DNA of 37,671 bases from Bermanella sp. (GCA_041546605.1 JBFEWA010000001.1:1-37671), one strand, 5' to 3'. Shown: positions 1 through 10,100, counted from the first letter of the stretch. The notes: generated from the sequence alone by a model not told the origin. Translations and numbers: made by a program.

Positions 1-98
1 AGGCAAAATGTTCTCGCTGGAAAGGCGCATAGCGGAGCTATGTAACTGACCAGCGAGGTTATTTTAACAACGTCAGAGAAACGCTTCAGGACGACTCT
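1..98. repeat. Palindromic MITE/ERIC-like element, probably truncated by the window edge, abutting the aspS stop codon
   Basis: Nested inverted repeats aaaat/atttt, ctcgctgg/ccagcgag and catagc/gctatg; the element ends '...gactct' immediately next to the aspS TAA (99-101). Confidence 0.5.
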
Positions 99-1868
99 TT
101 ATTTGGTTTCTTTAGGACGAACCTGAATACCCACCTCACGTAGGTTCTTCGCAGGCACTTCCCCTGGCGCATCTGTCATCACACACGCAGCCGATTGCGT
201 TTTCGGGAAAGCAATCACTTCACGAATGCTGTCAGCGCCGGTCATTAACATGATCAAACGGTCTAGACCGAATGCCAAACCACCGTGTGGTGGCGCACCG
301 AATTGAAGAGCGTCTAGCAAGAAACCGAACTTCTCTTTTTGCTCGTCTGCAGAGATATTTAGAATCTCGAATACGGTTTTTTGCATTTCTTGATCGTGAA
401 TACGAATCGAACCACCACCTAACTCAGTACCGTTTAGTACCATGTCATAGGCGCGTGAAAGCGCAGTGGCTGGGTTGGCTTTTAGCTCTTCTGGTGAACA
501 AGAAGGGGCTGTGAATGGGTGGTGAATCGCGGTTAAGCCGCCGTCTGACGTTTCTTCAAACATTGGGAAATCCACAACCCATAGTGGTGCCCATTCGCGA
601 GTCAGCATGTTTAGGTCAAGGCCTAATTTCACACGCAATGCACCTAATGCTTCGTTTACGATGGTTTCTTTATCCGCACCGAAGAATACGATGTCGCCAT
701 TTACCGCGCCCACTTTTTCCATGATCTTCATGGTGTTGTCATCGCCGATGAACTTGATGATTGGCGATTGTAGACCTTCAACGCCTTTTTCAATTTCGTT
801 CACCTTGATCCAAGCTAGACCTTTGGCACCGTAAATACCCACAAACTTGGTGTATTCATCGATTTGCTTACGGGACAGCTCAGCACCACCAGGTACTTTA
901 AGAGCAGCAACACGGCCTTTTGGATCTTTCGCAGGACCTGCGAATACTTTGAATTCGATATCTTGTAGGAATTCCGCCACGTCGACCAATTCCATAGGAA
1001 TACGTAGATCAGGCTTGTCCGAACCAAAGCGGCTCATGGCTTCAGAGTAAGGCATGTGTGGGAACTCGCCTAAATCGATATCCATTTGCTGCTTGAAGAT
1101 GTCTTTGATCATGGTTTCAGCGGCACCCATGATGTCTTTTTCTTCGATGAAAGAGGCTTCCATATCGATCTGGGTAAACTCAGGCTGACGGTCAGCACGT
1201 AAGTCTTCGTCGCGGAAACATTTCGCGATTTGGTAATAACGATCAAAGCCCGACACCATTAATAGCTGTTTGAACAGCTGAGGTGACTGTGGCAGTGCAA
1301 AGAAAGAACCCTGGTGAGTACGGCTTGGCACCAAGTAGTCTCGGGCACCTTCTGGGGTAGCACGGGTTAAAATTGGGGTTTCGATATCCAAGAAACCTTG
1401 TTGGTCTAGGATATTACGAATTTGCGTGGTCACTTTATGACGGAAGCGCAGGTTGTGCTGCATTTCGTCACGACGTAAGTCCATGTAACGGTACTTAAGA
1501 CGCACGTCTTCGCCCACTGGGCTGTATTCATCCAGTGGAAACGGAGGCGTGTTGGCCTTGTTTAAGATGTTGATCTCTTTACCTAGGATCTCGATCTTAC
1601 CCGTGGTCATGTTGTCGTTTTCGCTACCAGCAGGGCGGGCACGTACACGACCTGTGATTTGAATCACGTATTCACTGCGTACAGAGTCAGCAGTATTGAA
1701 GGCATCGACTGTATCAGGGTCGAATACCACCTGAACCAAGCCTTCACGGTCACGTACGTCTAGAAAGATCACACCACCGTGGTCACGACGACGGTGTACC
1801 CAGCCGCAAAAAGTTACAGTCTCATCGACCAGTTGTTCTGTTATTTCACCACAGTAATGGCTGCGCAT
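99..1868 (-). CDS. aspS: Aspartate--tRNA ligase (probably non-discriminating Asp/Asn type)
   Basis: MRSHYCG start, [43 protein letters not shown] and [14 protein letters not shown] class II motifs; 589 aa. Confidence 0.99.
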   Translation of the reverse strand: MRSHYCGEITEQLVDETVTFCGWVHRRRDHGGVIFLDVRDREGLVQVVFDPDTVDAFNTADSVRSEYVIQITGRVRARPAGSENDNMTTGKIEILGKEINILNKANTPPFPLDEYSPVGEDVRLKYRYMDLRRDEMQHNLRFRHKVTTQIRNILDQQGFLDIETPILTRATPEGARDYLVPSRTHQGSFFALPQSPQLFKQLLMVSGFDRYYQIAKCFRDEDLRADRQPEFTQIDMEASFIEEKDIMGAAETMIKDIFKQQMDIDLGEFPHMPYSEAMSRFGSDKPDLRIPMELVDVAEFLQDIEFKVFAGPAKDPKGRVAALKVPGGAELSRKQIDEYTKFVGIYGAKGLAWIKVNEIEKGVEGLQSPIIKFIGDDNTMKIMEKVGAVNGDIVFFGADKETIVNEALGALRVKLGLDLNMLTREWAPLWVVDFPMFEETSDGGLTAIHHPFTAPSCSPEELKANPATALSRAYDMVLNGTELGGGSIRIHDQEMQKTVFEILNISADEQKEKFGFLLDALQFGAPPHGGLAFGLDRLIMLMTGADSIREVIAFPKTQSAACVMTDAPGEVPAKNLREVGIQVRPKETK

Positions 1869-2109
1869 AGTGAATTCCCAAATCTATCTTATTAAATGTA
1901 ACGACTTTTATCGGGCAGTGAAGGAAACGCCTGTCACTGCAAATTTCTTGGGCCAATGCCTTATAACCAGCATATATGGGGTGTTTGCCCATAACCTAGG
2001 GTGTTGCCACCGACTCGATTATCCCCTGTTTTGGCCAAAGCCTGCTCAATCTCTACAAAGGCAAAGTACGCCTGAATATAGTCTGATTCTTCAAAAGGCC
2101 AGCATTATA
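1869..2109 (-). promoter_or_regulatory. Putative aspS promoter (-10 TATAAT at 2104-2109) and ~230 nt leader with several hairpins
   Basis: Perfect TATAAT on the minus strand; hairpins at 1915-1940, 1975-1993 and 2000-2011; -35 is weak. Confidence 0.4.
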
Positions 2110-2177
2110 CCCATTTTGCACGAAATTCCGACATCTTGTGTGGCCCTTGCTATGCTTTATTTATACGAGGAGATGTT

Positions 2178-3284
2178 ATGGCCAACTTGGATATAGCAAA
2201 ATTGGACGCGGATATCGTCAATGATCTCAAAGACGAGCTAGAAGAAAAGCGCCAAAATTGCAATGAGCATTTATTGAATCTCGAAGCTCGCCCAAATGAT
2301 ATCAACACAGTGAACCTGCTATTTCGTGATGTACACACGGTCAAAGGGGATCTTGGCATTGTTGGTATCAGCCAATACCTGTCTCTATTGCAGGCCATAG
2401 AGGATATTCTCGACACCTTAAGAAAAGGTCAAAATACGTACAACCCAGCCCTTGGGGATATTCTCCTGTTAAGCCTTGATCTCACTTTCAACGAACTGGA
2501 TAGCTTCATTCAAGGCAAACAAGGCTTCGATCAAGAACACTACAACGACATGGCCAATATGATCAGTGCCTTGGCTCGCATGGAAGACCATGAGTTTGAT
2601 CAGCAAATGCTGGCCGTATTACAAAAGCTAGCCCCAGAGACCTCGCCAACGGAAGATTTAGAAGAGCTGCAAAATAAGCTCTACTTCACCGAACAAGAAA
2701 TCAACGAAGAAGTGGCCTTCTTTCTGCAATTAAGTTTATTGGTGGATCAACGCAGCCCTTACGGCCCGGGTCGCACCGAAAGAATGTTTGAGCTGGCCCT
2801 CAACATGAATCAACTAGCTGGTAACCCTATCGACAGCCACCAACTGCAAACAGCCTTGTACCTACACGATCTTGCAATGGCCTTTTTTCCAAGAGGTTTG
2901 GCCGACAAAGCCAGCTCTTTGAGTCACCGTGACTGGCAATGGGTAAAAGGTCATGTGCATTTAGTGCATCAGCTCATTAGCAGTTTTGAAGTTTGGGAAA
3001 CGGCATCCGAAATTATTTTACATCACCATGAGCGCATCGACGGCAGCGGCTACCCTAGCGGCCTCAAAGAAGATGAGATCTGTGAAGGTGCCAAGCTTTT
3101 GGCCATAGTGGACACATTTGAAGCCATCACCCAAACCCGCGCCTATCAGCAGAATCAGCAACGCCCCATGGTAAGGGCCATCATGGAAATTAACCAGCAT
3201 GCGGGTACCCTGTATTGCCCTAAATGGGTTGAGTGCTTCAATCAAGCGGTTAAGCGTCTTCACATAAAAAAAGCTAAAAAATAG
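2178..3284 (+). CDS. Hpt domain-HD-GYP (c-di-GMP phosphodiesterase-like) fusion protein
   Basis: N-terminal LLFRDVHTVKG (CheA-P1/Hpt-like); C-terminal YLHD, HHHERIDGSGYP and AIVDTFEAIT; GAGGAG RBS before ATG 2178. Confidence 0.85.
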   Translation: MANLDIAKLDADIVNDLKDELEEKRQNCNEHLLNLEARPNDINTVNLLFRDVHTVKGDLGIVGISQYLSLLQAIEDILDTLRKGQNTYNPALGDILLLSLDLTFNELDSFIQGKQGFDQEHYNDMANMISALARMEDHEFDQQMLAVLQKLAPETSPTEDLEELQNKLYFTEQEINEEVAFFLQLSLLVDQRSPYGPGRTERMFELALNMNQLAGNPIDSHQLQTALYLHDLAMAFFPRGLADKASSLSHRDWQWVKGHVHLVHQLISSFEVWETASEIILHHHERIDGSGYPSGLKEDEICEGAKLLAIVDTFEAITQTRAYQQNQQRPMVRAIMEINQHAGTLYCPKWVECFNQAVKRLHIKKAKK

Positions 3285-3380
3285 GCTTTTTTTTCGTTTT
3301 TTACTTTTTTTTGCTTGCCTGTGTCTCCAAGTTGTTTGTATATTCCGTTCACGAAACACAAAAACAACAAGGACACAGCT

Positions 3381-3800
3381 ATGGCAGCTAAAAAAACCGC
3401 AAAGAAAGCAGCAGCAAAAAAACCAGTGGCTAAAAAAGCCGCAGCCAAGAAAGCACCGGCTAAAGCCGCTCCTGCGAAAAAGCTAAGCGCCGTTTCTGAG
3501 CGTTATAACAAAACTCAAATTTTGACTGAAATCGCAGAAAACACTGAACTTAGCAAAAAGCAAGTTCAAGCGGTTCTAGATAGCCTAGGCGATGTTATTG
3601 AGCGTCACGTTAAGAAACGCGCTGTAGGTGAATTCGTACTACCAGGTCTAATGAAAATCCAAGCGATCAAAAAGCCTGCTAAAAAAGCCCGTAAAGGTAT
3701 CAACCCTTTCACTGGTGAAGAAACTGTTTTCAAAGCGAAACCTGCTTCTATCGCAGTTAAGATTCGCCCATTGAAAAAACTGAAAGAAATGGCCGAATAA
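3381..3800 (+). CDS. HU-family DNA-binding protein with Lys/Ala-rich N-terminal tail
   Basis: ARKGINPFTGEETVFKAKPA HU arm; AAKK/PAKK repeats; AAGGA RBS before ATG 3381. Confidence 0.93.
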   Translation: MAAKKTAKKAAAKKPVAKKAAAKKAPAKAAPAKKLSAVSERYNKTQILTEIAENTELSKKQVQAVLDSLGDVIERHVKKRAVGEFVLPGLMKIQAIKKPAKKARKGINPFTGEETVFKAKPASIAVKIRPLKKLKEMAE

Positions 3801-3812
3801 GCTTTGTCTTTC

Positions 3813-3839
3813 AAAAACGGGCCCATGGCCCGTTTTTTT
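3813..3839 (+). terminator. Rho-independent terminator after the HU gene
   Basis: aaaaacgggcc-cat-ggcccg followed by a T run. Confidence 0.85.
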
Positions 3840-3856
3840 ATGCCTAAGATTTCGCT

Positions 3857-4435
3857 ATGGATCTCATCCCGTTACACCAAGACATCAAACAGTGCGATTT
3901 ATGTGCAGACTCACTGCCCTTCCCTCCTCGCCCTGTGATTCAAATTGCCCCCAACGCAACCTTACTCATCATTGGTCAGGCCCCAGGCATGAAGGTGCAA
4001 GAAACCGGTATTCCATGGAACGACGCCAGCGGCAAACGTTTACGAGAATGGTTACAAATGGACGCCGCTAGCTTTTATGATCCACAACAAGTGGCCATTA
4101 TGCCCATGGGGTTTTGTTACCCAGGTAAAGGGAAAAGCGGGGATTTACCACCGAGAAAAGAGTGTGCCCCTAAGTGGCATGAAGCGGTTTTAGCCACTCT
4201 GCCTAAGATCCAAACCACATTATTAATTGGCCAGTACGCCCAGAATTATTATTTACAAGGCACTGAATTTTTAACTCAGTACCCAACACTCACACAAAGG
4301 GTTCAGCATACACAGCAGGCGCCCAATGCTTTCGTTTGCCTGCCTCATCCTTCTCCCAGAAATCAAATCTGGTTTAAGCGCCACCCATGGTTTGAGCAAG
4401 ATATTCTGCCCTATCTAAGACAAAGGATAAGCTAA
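3857..4435 (+). CDS. Uracil-DNA glycosylase family protein
   Basis: IIGQAPG motif A, PWNDASG, MGFCYPG and LPHPSPRN motif B. Confidence 0.92.
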   Translation: MDLIPLHQDIKQCDLCADSLPFPPRPVIQIAPNATLLIIGQAPGMKVQETGIPWNDASGKRLREWLQMDAASFYDPQQVAIMPMGFCYPGKGKSGDLPPRKECAPKWHEAVLATLPKIQTTLLIGQYAQNYYLQGTEFLTQYPTLTQRVQHTQQAPNAFVCLPHPSPRNQIWFKRHPWFEQDILPYLRQRIS

Positions 4436-4437
4436 CT

Positions 4438-5187
4438 ATGTTTCCCTTACGTATTACGTTACAAGCGTGCTGGTATGCGCTATTTCCCTTTTTCTTATTG
4501 TTACTGCCACAAGCCATTTATGTGAAAAAAACCACCCTGCGACTCCCAGAGGCCAGTGGTGATAACCACATACCATTCCAAGGGTTTTCAGCACACAGCG
4601 CACACGTAAGCCACTTTGGGGAATCCACCGTCGCCGGTGTTGGCATCCAAAAACTCCATGAAGGCTTAAGCGCCAATATCTGTCAGCGCTTGCACAACCA
4701 GCTGTCTATGAATATTCACTGTCACATCTCTGGCAAGAACGGCATTTGTTATGAAGAGCTCAACGCTCTCATTGCAACGCATCCGCATACAACCGACGTT
4801 GCCATCATCACCATGGGCGTCAACGACACCACGAAGCTCACACCGTTATCACAATGGCGCAAACAAATTGAGCTATGCATTACTCAATTGCAACAGCAAG
4901 GAACACAACATATTTTCTTTACTCAGGTGCCTCCTATGGCGCAGTTTCCGGCGTTACCGGCACCATTGAAGTACTTTCTTGGGCTACGAGCTTGGCAGTT
5001 AGATCTTGAATTAAAGCGCATCACCCAGAATCAACACAGGTGTCACTATGTGGGCAGTAAGCTATTAGTGGAAAAGCATTACATGGCAGAAGATGGGTAT
5101 CACCCAAGCGCGCAAGGATACGCCGCCTGGGCTGAACAAATTTCGCCACAGATTGTGGCGAAACTCAAAGATAACCTAACGGTTTAG
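4438..5187 (+). CDS. SGNH/GDSL hydrolase family protein
   Basis: FGESTVAGVG block I, MGVND block III, DGYHP block V; hydrophobic N-terminus. Confidence 0.9.
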   Translation: MFPLRITLQACWYALFPFFLLLLPQAIYVKKTTLRLPEASGDNHIPFQGFSAHSAHVSHFGESTVAGVGIQKLHEGLSANICQRLHNQLSMNIHCHISGKNGICYEELNALIATHPHTTDVAIITMGVNDTTKLTPLSQWRKQIELCITQLQQQGTQHIFFTQVPPMAQFPALPAPLKYFLGLRAWQLDLELKRITQNQHRCHYVGSKLLVEKHYMAEDGYHPSAQGYAAWAEQISPQIVAKLKDNLTV

Positions 5188-5630
5188 TACATGGCATCGC
5201 CGTCGTTTGCAGACGGGGTGACAAATTTATCACTGAAGAGCAGTGTTAATTCATCCACCATTTTTTCGAGTTCCGCTTTTCCATAAGGCTTAGCCTGAAT
5301 GGCGCCCCAAATAGGCTTAGGCCAGCATGGGTCATCTTTTTTACGTACCACATGGTGAATATGCAGTTGAGGCACCACATTGCCAAGTGCCGCGATATTC
5401 ATGCTATCGGCTTCAAAGTAATCCGATAGACGCTGACTCACGTAAGCGGATTCATCCGATTGCTCATAACGCTCTTCGGTAGATAGCTGATACAGCTCAG
5501 AGGTGCTGCCGCGGCGAGGGACTAAAATAACCCAAGGAAATTGCGAGTCGTTCATTAATAACACATCGCAAAGGGGAAACTGACCTAAAAGCACGGTATC
5601 TTGTTGAAGCTGTGGATCCAATTTGTACAT
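5184..5630 (-). CDS. HIT family hydrolase
   Basis: LGNVVPQLHIHHVVR histidine triad; LLMNDSQFPW. Confidence 0.92.
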   Translation of the reverse strand: MYKLDPQLQQDTVLLGQFPLCDVLLMNDSQFPWVILVPRRGSTSELYQLSTEERYEQSDESAYVSQRLSDYFEADSMNIAALGNVVPQLHIHHVVRKKDDPCWPKPIWGAIQAKPYGKAELEKMVDELTLLFSDKFVTPSANDGDAMY

Positions 5631-5680
5631 AATGTTGCTCCTTCGTTCTTCAGGCTATTTAACCAATAAGGGCCTTAAAT

Positions 5681-6814
5681 ATGCAATGGCTAAATTCAAT
5701 TGATCATGCCCCTACGCATCTTTGGCAAGGCACTTACCCATTTACTCAACCTGCATTTTTAAAAGCCTTAGAAGAAAATGGTTCAATAAATAATCAAACT
5801 GGCTGGCAAGGTCATTATCTATACGATAAAGAGCATGCATTTTTATTGCCGAGTTTTATTAAACAGCATTCTTATGGCGAATATGTATTTGACTGGTCAT
5901 GGGCCGAAGCCTACCAGCAACACGGATTATCCTACTACCCTAAACTGATTATAGCCGCCCCGTTCACCCCTGCTAGCGGGCCGCGCATTATTCGAGAAGA
6001 TGGCACTCAATTAAATGGCCAACTCATTAGCCATTCGCTTCAATCGTACTGCCAAGATCATCAACTCAGTGGCGCACATTTTTTGTTTTGCAACACCCAT
6101 GATCGAGCACTATTAATCGACCATAATTGGCATGAACGCAAAAGTGTGCAGTTTCATTGGTTTAATTATGACTATGCCAATTTTGAGCATTACTTATCAC
6201 ATTTTAAATCTCGAAAGCGAAAAGCGGTATTAAAAGAGCGAAAGTTCATCACAGACAACAACATAAATATTCAGTGGTTTAATGGCAATGAAATAACAGA
6301 TGAATTATGGGCGTTTTTTTATCAATGCTACCAAACCACGTATGCCATGCGCGGCATGCGTGGATACATAACATTAAATAGCTTTAAGGATATGGCCCAG
6401 CATATGGGCGACAACATGCTGTTAGTCAGAGCGACTCATAATCAACAAGCCATTGCCTGTGCACTGTATTTTCGTGATGATGAAAACTTGTATGGCCGTT
6501 ACTGGGGCAGCACGGTTGACGTGCCGAATTTACATTTTGAATTATGTTATTACCAAGGCATTGAATATTGTATAGCCAACCAACTTAAACATTTTGACCC
6601 TGGCACCCAAGGGGAACATAAGATTGCCCGAGGGTTTGAGCCTGTCTTTACTAGCTCGTTGCACTACTTAACCCATGAAGGTTTCCATGAAGCCGTGGGC
6701 AACTTTGTCAAAGAAGAAGCCCACTCACTGTCTCTTTATAAACAAGATTGTTATGCGGCACTGCCATTTAATGAGCAAAACTTGCCCGAGCCCAAACAAC
6801 AACCATGTTTATAA
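5681..6814 (+). CDS. GNAT/FemAB-like protein (DUF482 type)
   Basis: HSYGEYVFDWSWA, YYPKL, LYGRYWG, HFELCYYQGIEYCI and GEHKIARGF. Confidence 0.88.
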   Translation: MQWLNSIDHAPTHLWQGTYPFTQPAFLKALEENGSINNQTGWQGHYLYDKEHAFLLPSFIKQHSYGEYVFDWSWAEAYQQHGLSYYPKLIIAAPFTPASGPRIIREDGTQLNGQLISHSLQSYCQDHQLSGAHFLFCNTHDRALLIDHNWHERKSVQFHWFNYDYANFEHYLSHFKSRKRKAVLKERKFITDNNINIQWFNGNEITDELWAFFYQCYQTTYAMRGMRGYITLNSFKDMAQHMGDNMLLVRATHNQQAIACALYFRDDENLYGRYWGSTVDVPNLHFELCYYQGIEYCIANQLKHFDPGTQGEHKIARGFEPVFTSSLHYLTHEGFHEAVGNFVKEEAHSLSLYKQDCYAALPFNEQNLPEPKQQPCL

Positions 6815-6839
6815 TCGCACTACCATCACAACAACATCA

Positions 6840-7649
6840 TTAAGCCACTTTGGAGGCTGGCACATCCGGCTTAGCATGACGCTCATGCAAAAAGCGTAAG
6901 ACCTCTGCACGGTACTTGTTGTACATAGGATCATCCGCCAACTCTAAGCGATGTCTTGGTCTGGCTAAATCAATGTTTAAGATTTCTCCTACAGTGGCCG
7001 CGGGGCCATTGCTCATCATGACAATGCGATCACTTAATAGTACCGCTTCATCCACATCATGGGTAATCATGACTACGGTGTTTTTTAAATCCCGTTGAAT
7101 CTCCATTAGCGAGTCTTGTAAGTGGGATCGAGTCAACGCATCTAATGCACCAAAGGGCTCATCCATGAGCAATACAGTAGGCTCCATGGCCAAAGCACGG
7201 GCGATGCCCACTCGCTGTTTCATACCACCGGATATTTCATCCGGTTTTTTATGTAACGCATGGCTCATGTGCACCAATTCTAGATTATGTTCAATCCAGT
7301 CTTTCATTTCCGCTTTGCTTTTTTTGCCTTTGAATACTTGCTTAACCGCAAGCTCCACATTTTCATAAGCGGTCAGCCACGGCAATAAAGAATGGTTTTG
7401 AAACACTACAGCTCGTTCTGGCCCTGGCTCATTTACTTCTACGCCATCCAACACAATACCGCCCCGTGTGGCTTGGTATAAACCCGCAATAATGTTCAAC
7501 ACGGTAGATTTGCCACAACCAGAGTGACCAATCAGAGATACGAATTCGCCTTTCTTGATTTTTAAATTCACGTTTTCTAGGGCTGTAAATTTTCCACTAG
7601 GGGTATCAAATTCCATGGTGACATGGTCGATATTTAAATGGGTGCTCAT
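6840..7649 (-). CDS. nrtD: Nitrate/nitrite-type ABC transporter ATP-binding subunit
   Basis: GHSGCGKS Walker A, ISGGMKQR signature, DEPFGALDALTR. Confidence 0.9.
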   Translation of the reverse strand: MSTHLNIDHVTMEFDTPSGKFTALENVNLKIKKGEFVSLIGHSGCGKSTVLNIIAGLYQATRGGIVLDGVEVNEPGPERAVVFQNHSLLPWLTAYENVELAVKQVFKGKKSKAEMKDWIEHNLELVHMSHALHKKPDEISGGMKQRVGIARALAMEPTVLLMDEPFGALDALTRSHLQDSLMEIQRDLKNTVVMITHDVDEAVLLSDRIVMMSNGPAATVGEILNIDLARPRHRLELADDPMYNKYRAEVLRFLHERHAKPDVPASKVA

Positions 7650-7673
7650 AATCTATTCCTCAAAATCTTTAAA

Positions 7674-8672
7674 TTATTGATTCCAGCTGAAACGTTTTTG
7701 CAATTGCAACATCAGCCAATCTAATAGGAATCCAATAAAACCAATGGTCAGTACGGCTACCATAATGCGACCTAAGGAGTCTGAACTGCCATTTTGGAAT
7801 TCATCCCACACAAATTTTCCAAGACCTGGGTTTTGCGCCAACATTTCTGCTGCAATCAATACCATCCAGCCCACACCCAGGGATAAACGCATACCGGTAA
7901 AAATCATGGGAATCGCCGATGGCAATACCACTTTCACCACTTTTGACCACCAACTTAAGCGCAACACTTTAGCTACATTTAATAAATCTTGATCAATGGA
8001 TGACACACCCACAGAAGTATTAATCAAAGTTGGCCACATACAGCATAAGGTGACTGTAATGGCTGAGGTGATGAAGGATTTATCAAACATAGGATCATCA
8101 CTAACATACACAGCCGACACCACCATGGTCACAATAGGTAACCAAGCTAAAGGTGATACAGGTTTGAAAATTTGAATAATAGGATTAACTGCATTATTTA
8201 ATGTCTGGCTTAATCCGGTCACAATGCCCAGTGGCACGGCAATTAAGATGGCCAACAAGAATCCGGTAAATACGGTATATAAACTCGTAAAAATCTGTTG
8301 AGGGTAAGTGGTACGACCACGGTATTCACGCCACTTCACTTCTGCATTTGGATCGGCTGCTAATTTTTTTGCATTACGCTGCTCTTGTCGCTCATAAAAC
8401 TTTGCTTCTTTTTCAGATTCGGCGCGATACTCTTGCCACAAGCCTTTTGCTTGTTCCAGTACTTGCACAGGACCAGGCACTTGACCTAAAGATGTCACAA
8501 CACTTTTCGCTGCGCTGTTCCATATCCCTAAAAATAATGCAAAGGCTAATAGTGGAACCCCCAAGGTACGTAACAAGATATTCACCTGCTCGCCACGGTT
8601 TTCCCCTTTGATGATTCGAATCCAAGGCGCAAACATCCTTAGATCTTCCATTCTCGAAACAACATTCATCAT
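7674..8672 (-). CDS. nrtB: Nitrate/nitrite-type ABC transporter permease
   Basis: FKPVSPLAWLPI, WMVLIAAEML and GLGKFVWDEF; multiple TM helices. Confidence 0.9.
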   Translation of the reverse strand: MMNVVSRMEDLRMFAPWIRIIKGENRGEQVNILLRTLGVPLLAFALFLGIWNSAAKSVVTSLGQVPGPVQVLEQAKGLWQEYRAESEKEAKFYERQEQRNAKKLAADPNAEVKWREYRGRTTYPQQIFTSLYTVFTGFLLAILIAVPLGIVTGLSQTLNNAVNPIIQIFKPVSPLAWLPIVTMVVSAVYVSDDPMFDKSFITSAITVTLCCMWPTLINTSVGVSSIDQDLLNVAKVLRLSWWSKVVKVVLPSAIPMIFTGMRLSLGVGWMVLIAAEMLAQNPGLGKFVWDEFQNGSSDSLGRIMVAVLTIGFIGFLLDWLMLQLQKRFSWNQ

Positions 8673-8690
8673 AATTTCCCCTTGGTTATG

Positions 8691-8714
8691 TGGCGGCTAA
8701 ATCAATAGCCGCCA
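8691..8714 (-). other. Intercistronic stem-loop between the binding-protein and permease genes
   Basis: tggcggcta-aatcaa-tagccgcca, a 9-bp stem with no U-tail. Confidence 0.6.
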
Positions 8715-8723
8715 GCGTAAGTG

Positions 8724-10100
8724 TTAAACCTTATCCTTACCTTTCAAGCCAATCTTGAACTGCTTAAGGTATTCGTTTGGTTTTTTACCGTTATAAGGAA
8801 CATTATCGATAAATTCTTTTTGTACGGGTTTGAATCCATCTTCTTTATCGAAATTAGGGAACTCTGATGCACTCATCTTGCCTTCAGCAATTAACTCTTT
8901 CGCTGCAGTGGCGTAGATGTCTGGGCGATATACTTTTTTCGCAATATCCATGTACCAGCTATCAGGCTTGTATTCAGAAATTTGTCCCCAACGACGCATT
9001 TGCGTTAGATACCAGATAGCATCTGAATAATACGGATAGGTGGCGTTGTGACGGAAGAACACGTTGAAATCAGGAATCTCACGCTTATCCCCTTTTTCAT
9101 ATTCGAATGTGCCCGTCATGGAATTTGCAATAACATCGTAATCCGCACCCACATAGTTTGATTGCGATAGAATTTTCACAGCCTCTGGGCGGTTCGCATT
9201 GTTTTTATCATCCAACCATTTGGCGGCACGAATCATGGCTTTCACCACAGCAATGTGAGTTTGTGGGTATTTGTCTGCCCAACCTTTTGATACACCGAAT
9301 ACTTTTTCTGGATTGTTTTTCCAGATTTCATAATCCGTAATCACTGGTACACCAATGCCTTTAAATACGGCTTGTTGGTTCCAAGGCTCACCCACGCAGT
9401 AACCGTCGATGGTGCCCGCTTCCATAGTAGATGGCATTTGCGGTGGCGGTGTAACCGATAACAGCGCATCGGCTTTTAACGTACCAGAGGTGTCCCCTTT
9501 TTCTGGTGCATAGTAACCTGGGTTAATACCACCAGCGGCTAACCAATAGCGTAATTCATAGTTATGGGTGGATACTGGAAATACCATGCCCATTTTGAAT
9601 GGCTTGCCTTCGTCTTTGTATTTTTCAATAACCGGCTTTAAGTAATCGGCTTTAATCGGATGAACCGGCTTGCCATCTTTTTGTGGAATGTGTTTTTTCA
9701 TTTCATCCCATACGTTATTGGAAACCGTAATACCATTACCGTTTAAATCCATAGAGAACGCAGTGATGATGTGGGCTTGCGTACCAAAACCTATGGTGGC
9801 ACCTAAAGGCTGACCCGCTAGCATGTGAGCGCCGTCTAATTCACCGGTAATCACGCGGTCTAATAATACTTTCCAGTTTGCTTGTGCTTCTAATTCAACA
9901 AACAAACCTTCATCTTCAAAAAATCCCTTTTCGGCTGCGATGGCCAGTGGCGCCATGTCCGTTAATTTTATGAAGCCAAATTTTAAGTCTTCTTTTTCTG
10001 GCTCTGCCGCATACACAGATGCACTAAGCACACTGGCCGCTAAACCTGCGCCTATGGCCATGCCTTTTACGGTTCGTTTTATTGCTTGGGATAAAATCAT
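8724..10100 (-). CDS. nrtA: CmpA/NrtA-family ABC substrate-binding protein (nitrate/nitrite likely)
   Basis: Signal peptide; [39 protein letters not shown] and LTQMRRWG. Confidence 0.92.
   Translation of the reverse strand: MILSQAIKRTVKGMAIGAGLAASVLSASVYAAEPEKEDLKFGFIKLTDMAPLAIAAEKGFFEDEGLFVELEAQANWKVLLDRVITGELDGAHMLAGQPLGATIGFGTQAHIITAFSMDLNGNGITVSNNVWDEMKKHIPQKDGKPVHPIKADYLKPVIEKYKDEGKPFKMGMVFPVSTHNYELRYWLAAGGINPGYYAPEKGDTSGTLKADALLSVTPPPQMPSTMEAGTIDGYCVGEPWNQQAVFKGIGVPVITDYEIWKNNPEKVFGVSKGWADKYPQTHIAVVKAMIRAAKWLDDKNNANRPEAVKILSQSNYVGADYDVIANSMTGTFEYEKGDKREIPDFNVFFRHNATYPYYSDAIWYLTQMRRWGQISEYKPDSWYMDIAKKVYRPDIYATAAKELIAEGKMSASEFPNFDKEDGFKPVQKEFIDNVPYNGKKPNEYLKQFKIGLKGKDKV

Noticed and set aside
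2004-2017. CGAGTCGGTG on the minus strand, resembling the Cas9 tracrRNA 3' hairpin
   Set aside because: Only a ~10-nt match, with no cas genes or repeat array in the window
1870-2196. 108-aa plus-strand ORF between aspS and the HD-GYP gene
   Set aside because: No recognisable motif or RBS; it spans the divergent promoter region and overlaps the next gene
3315-3380. Extended TTG start for the HU gene, and other long ORF-track starts (2136, 22413, 24774)
   Set aside because: Downstream ATGs fit RBS position and/or family N-termini better
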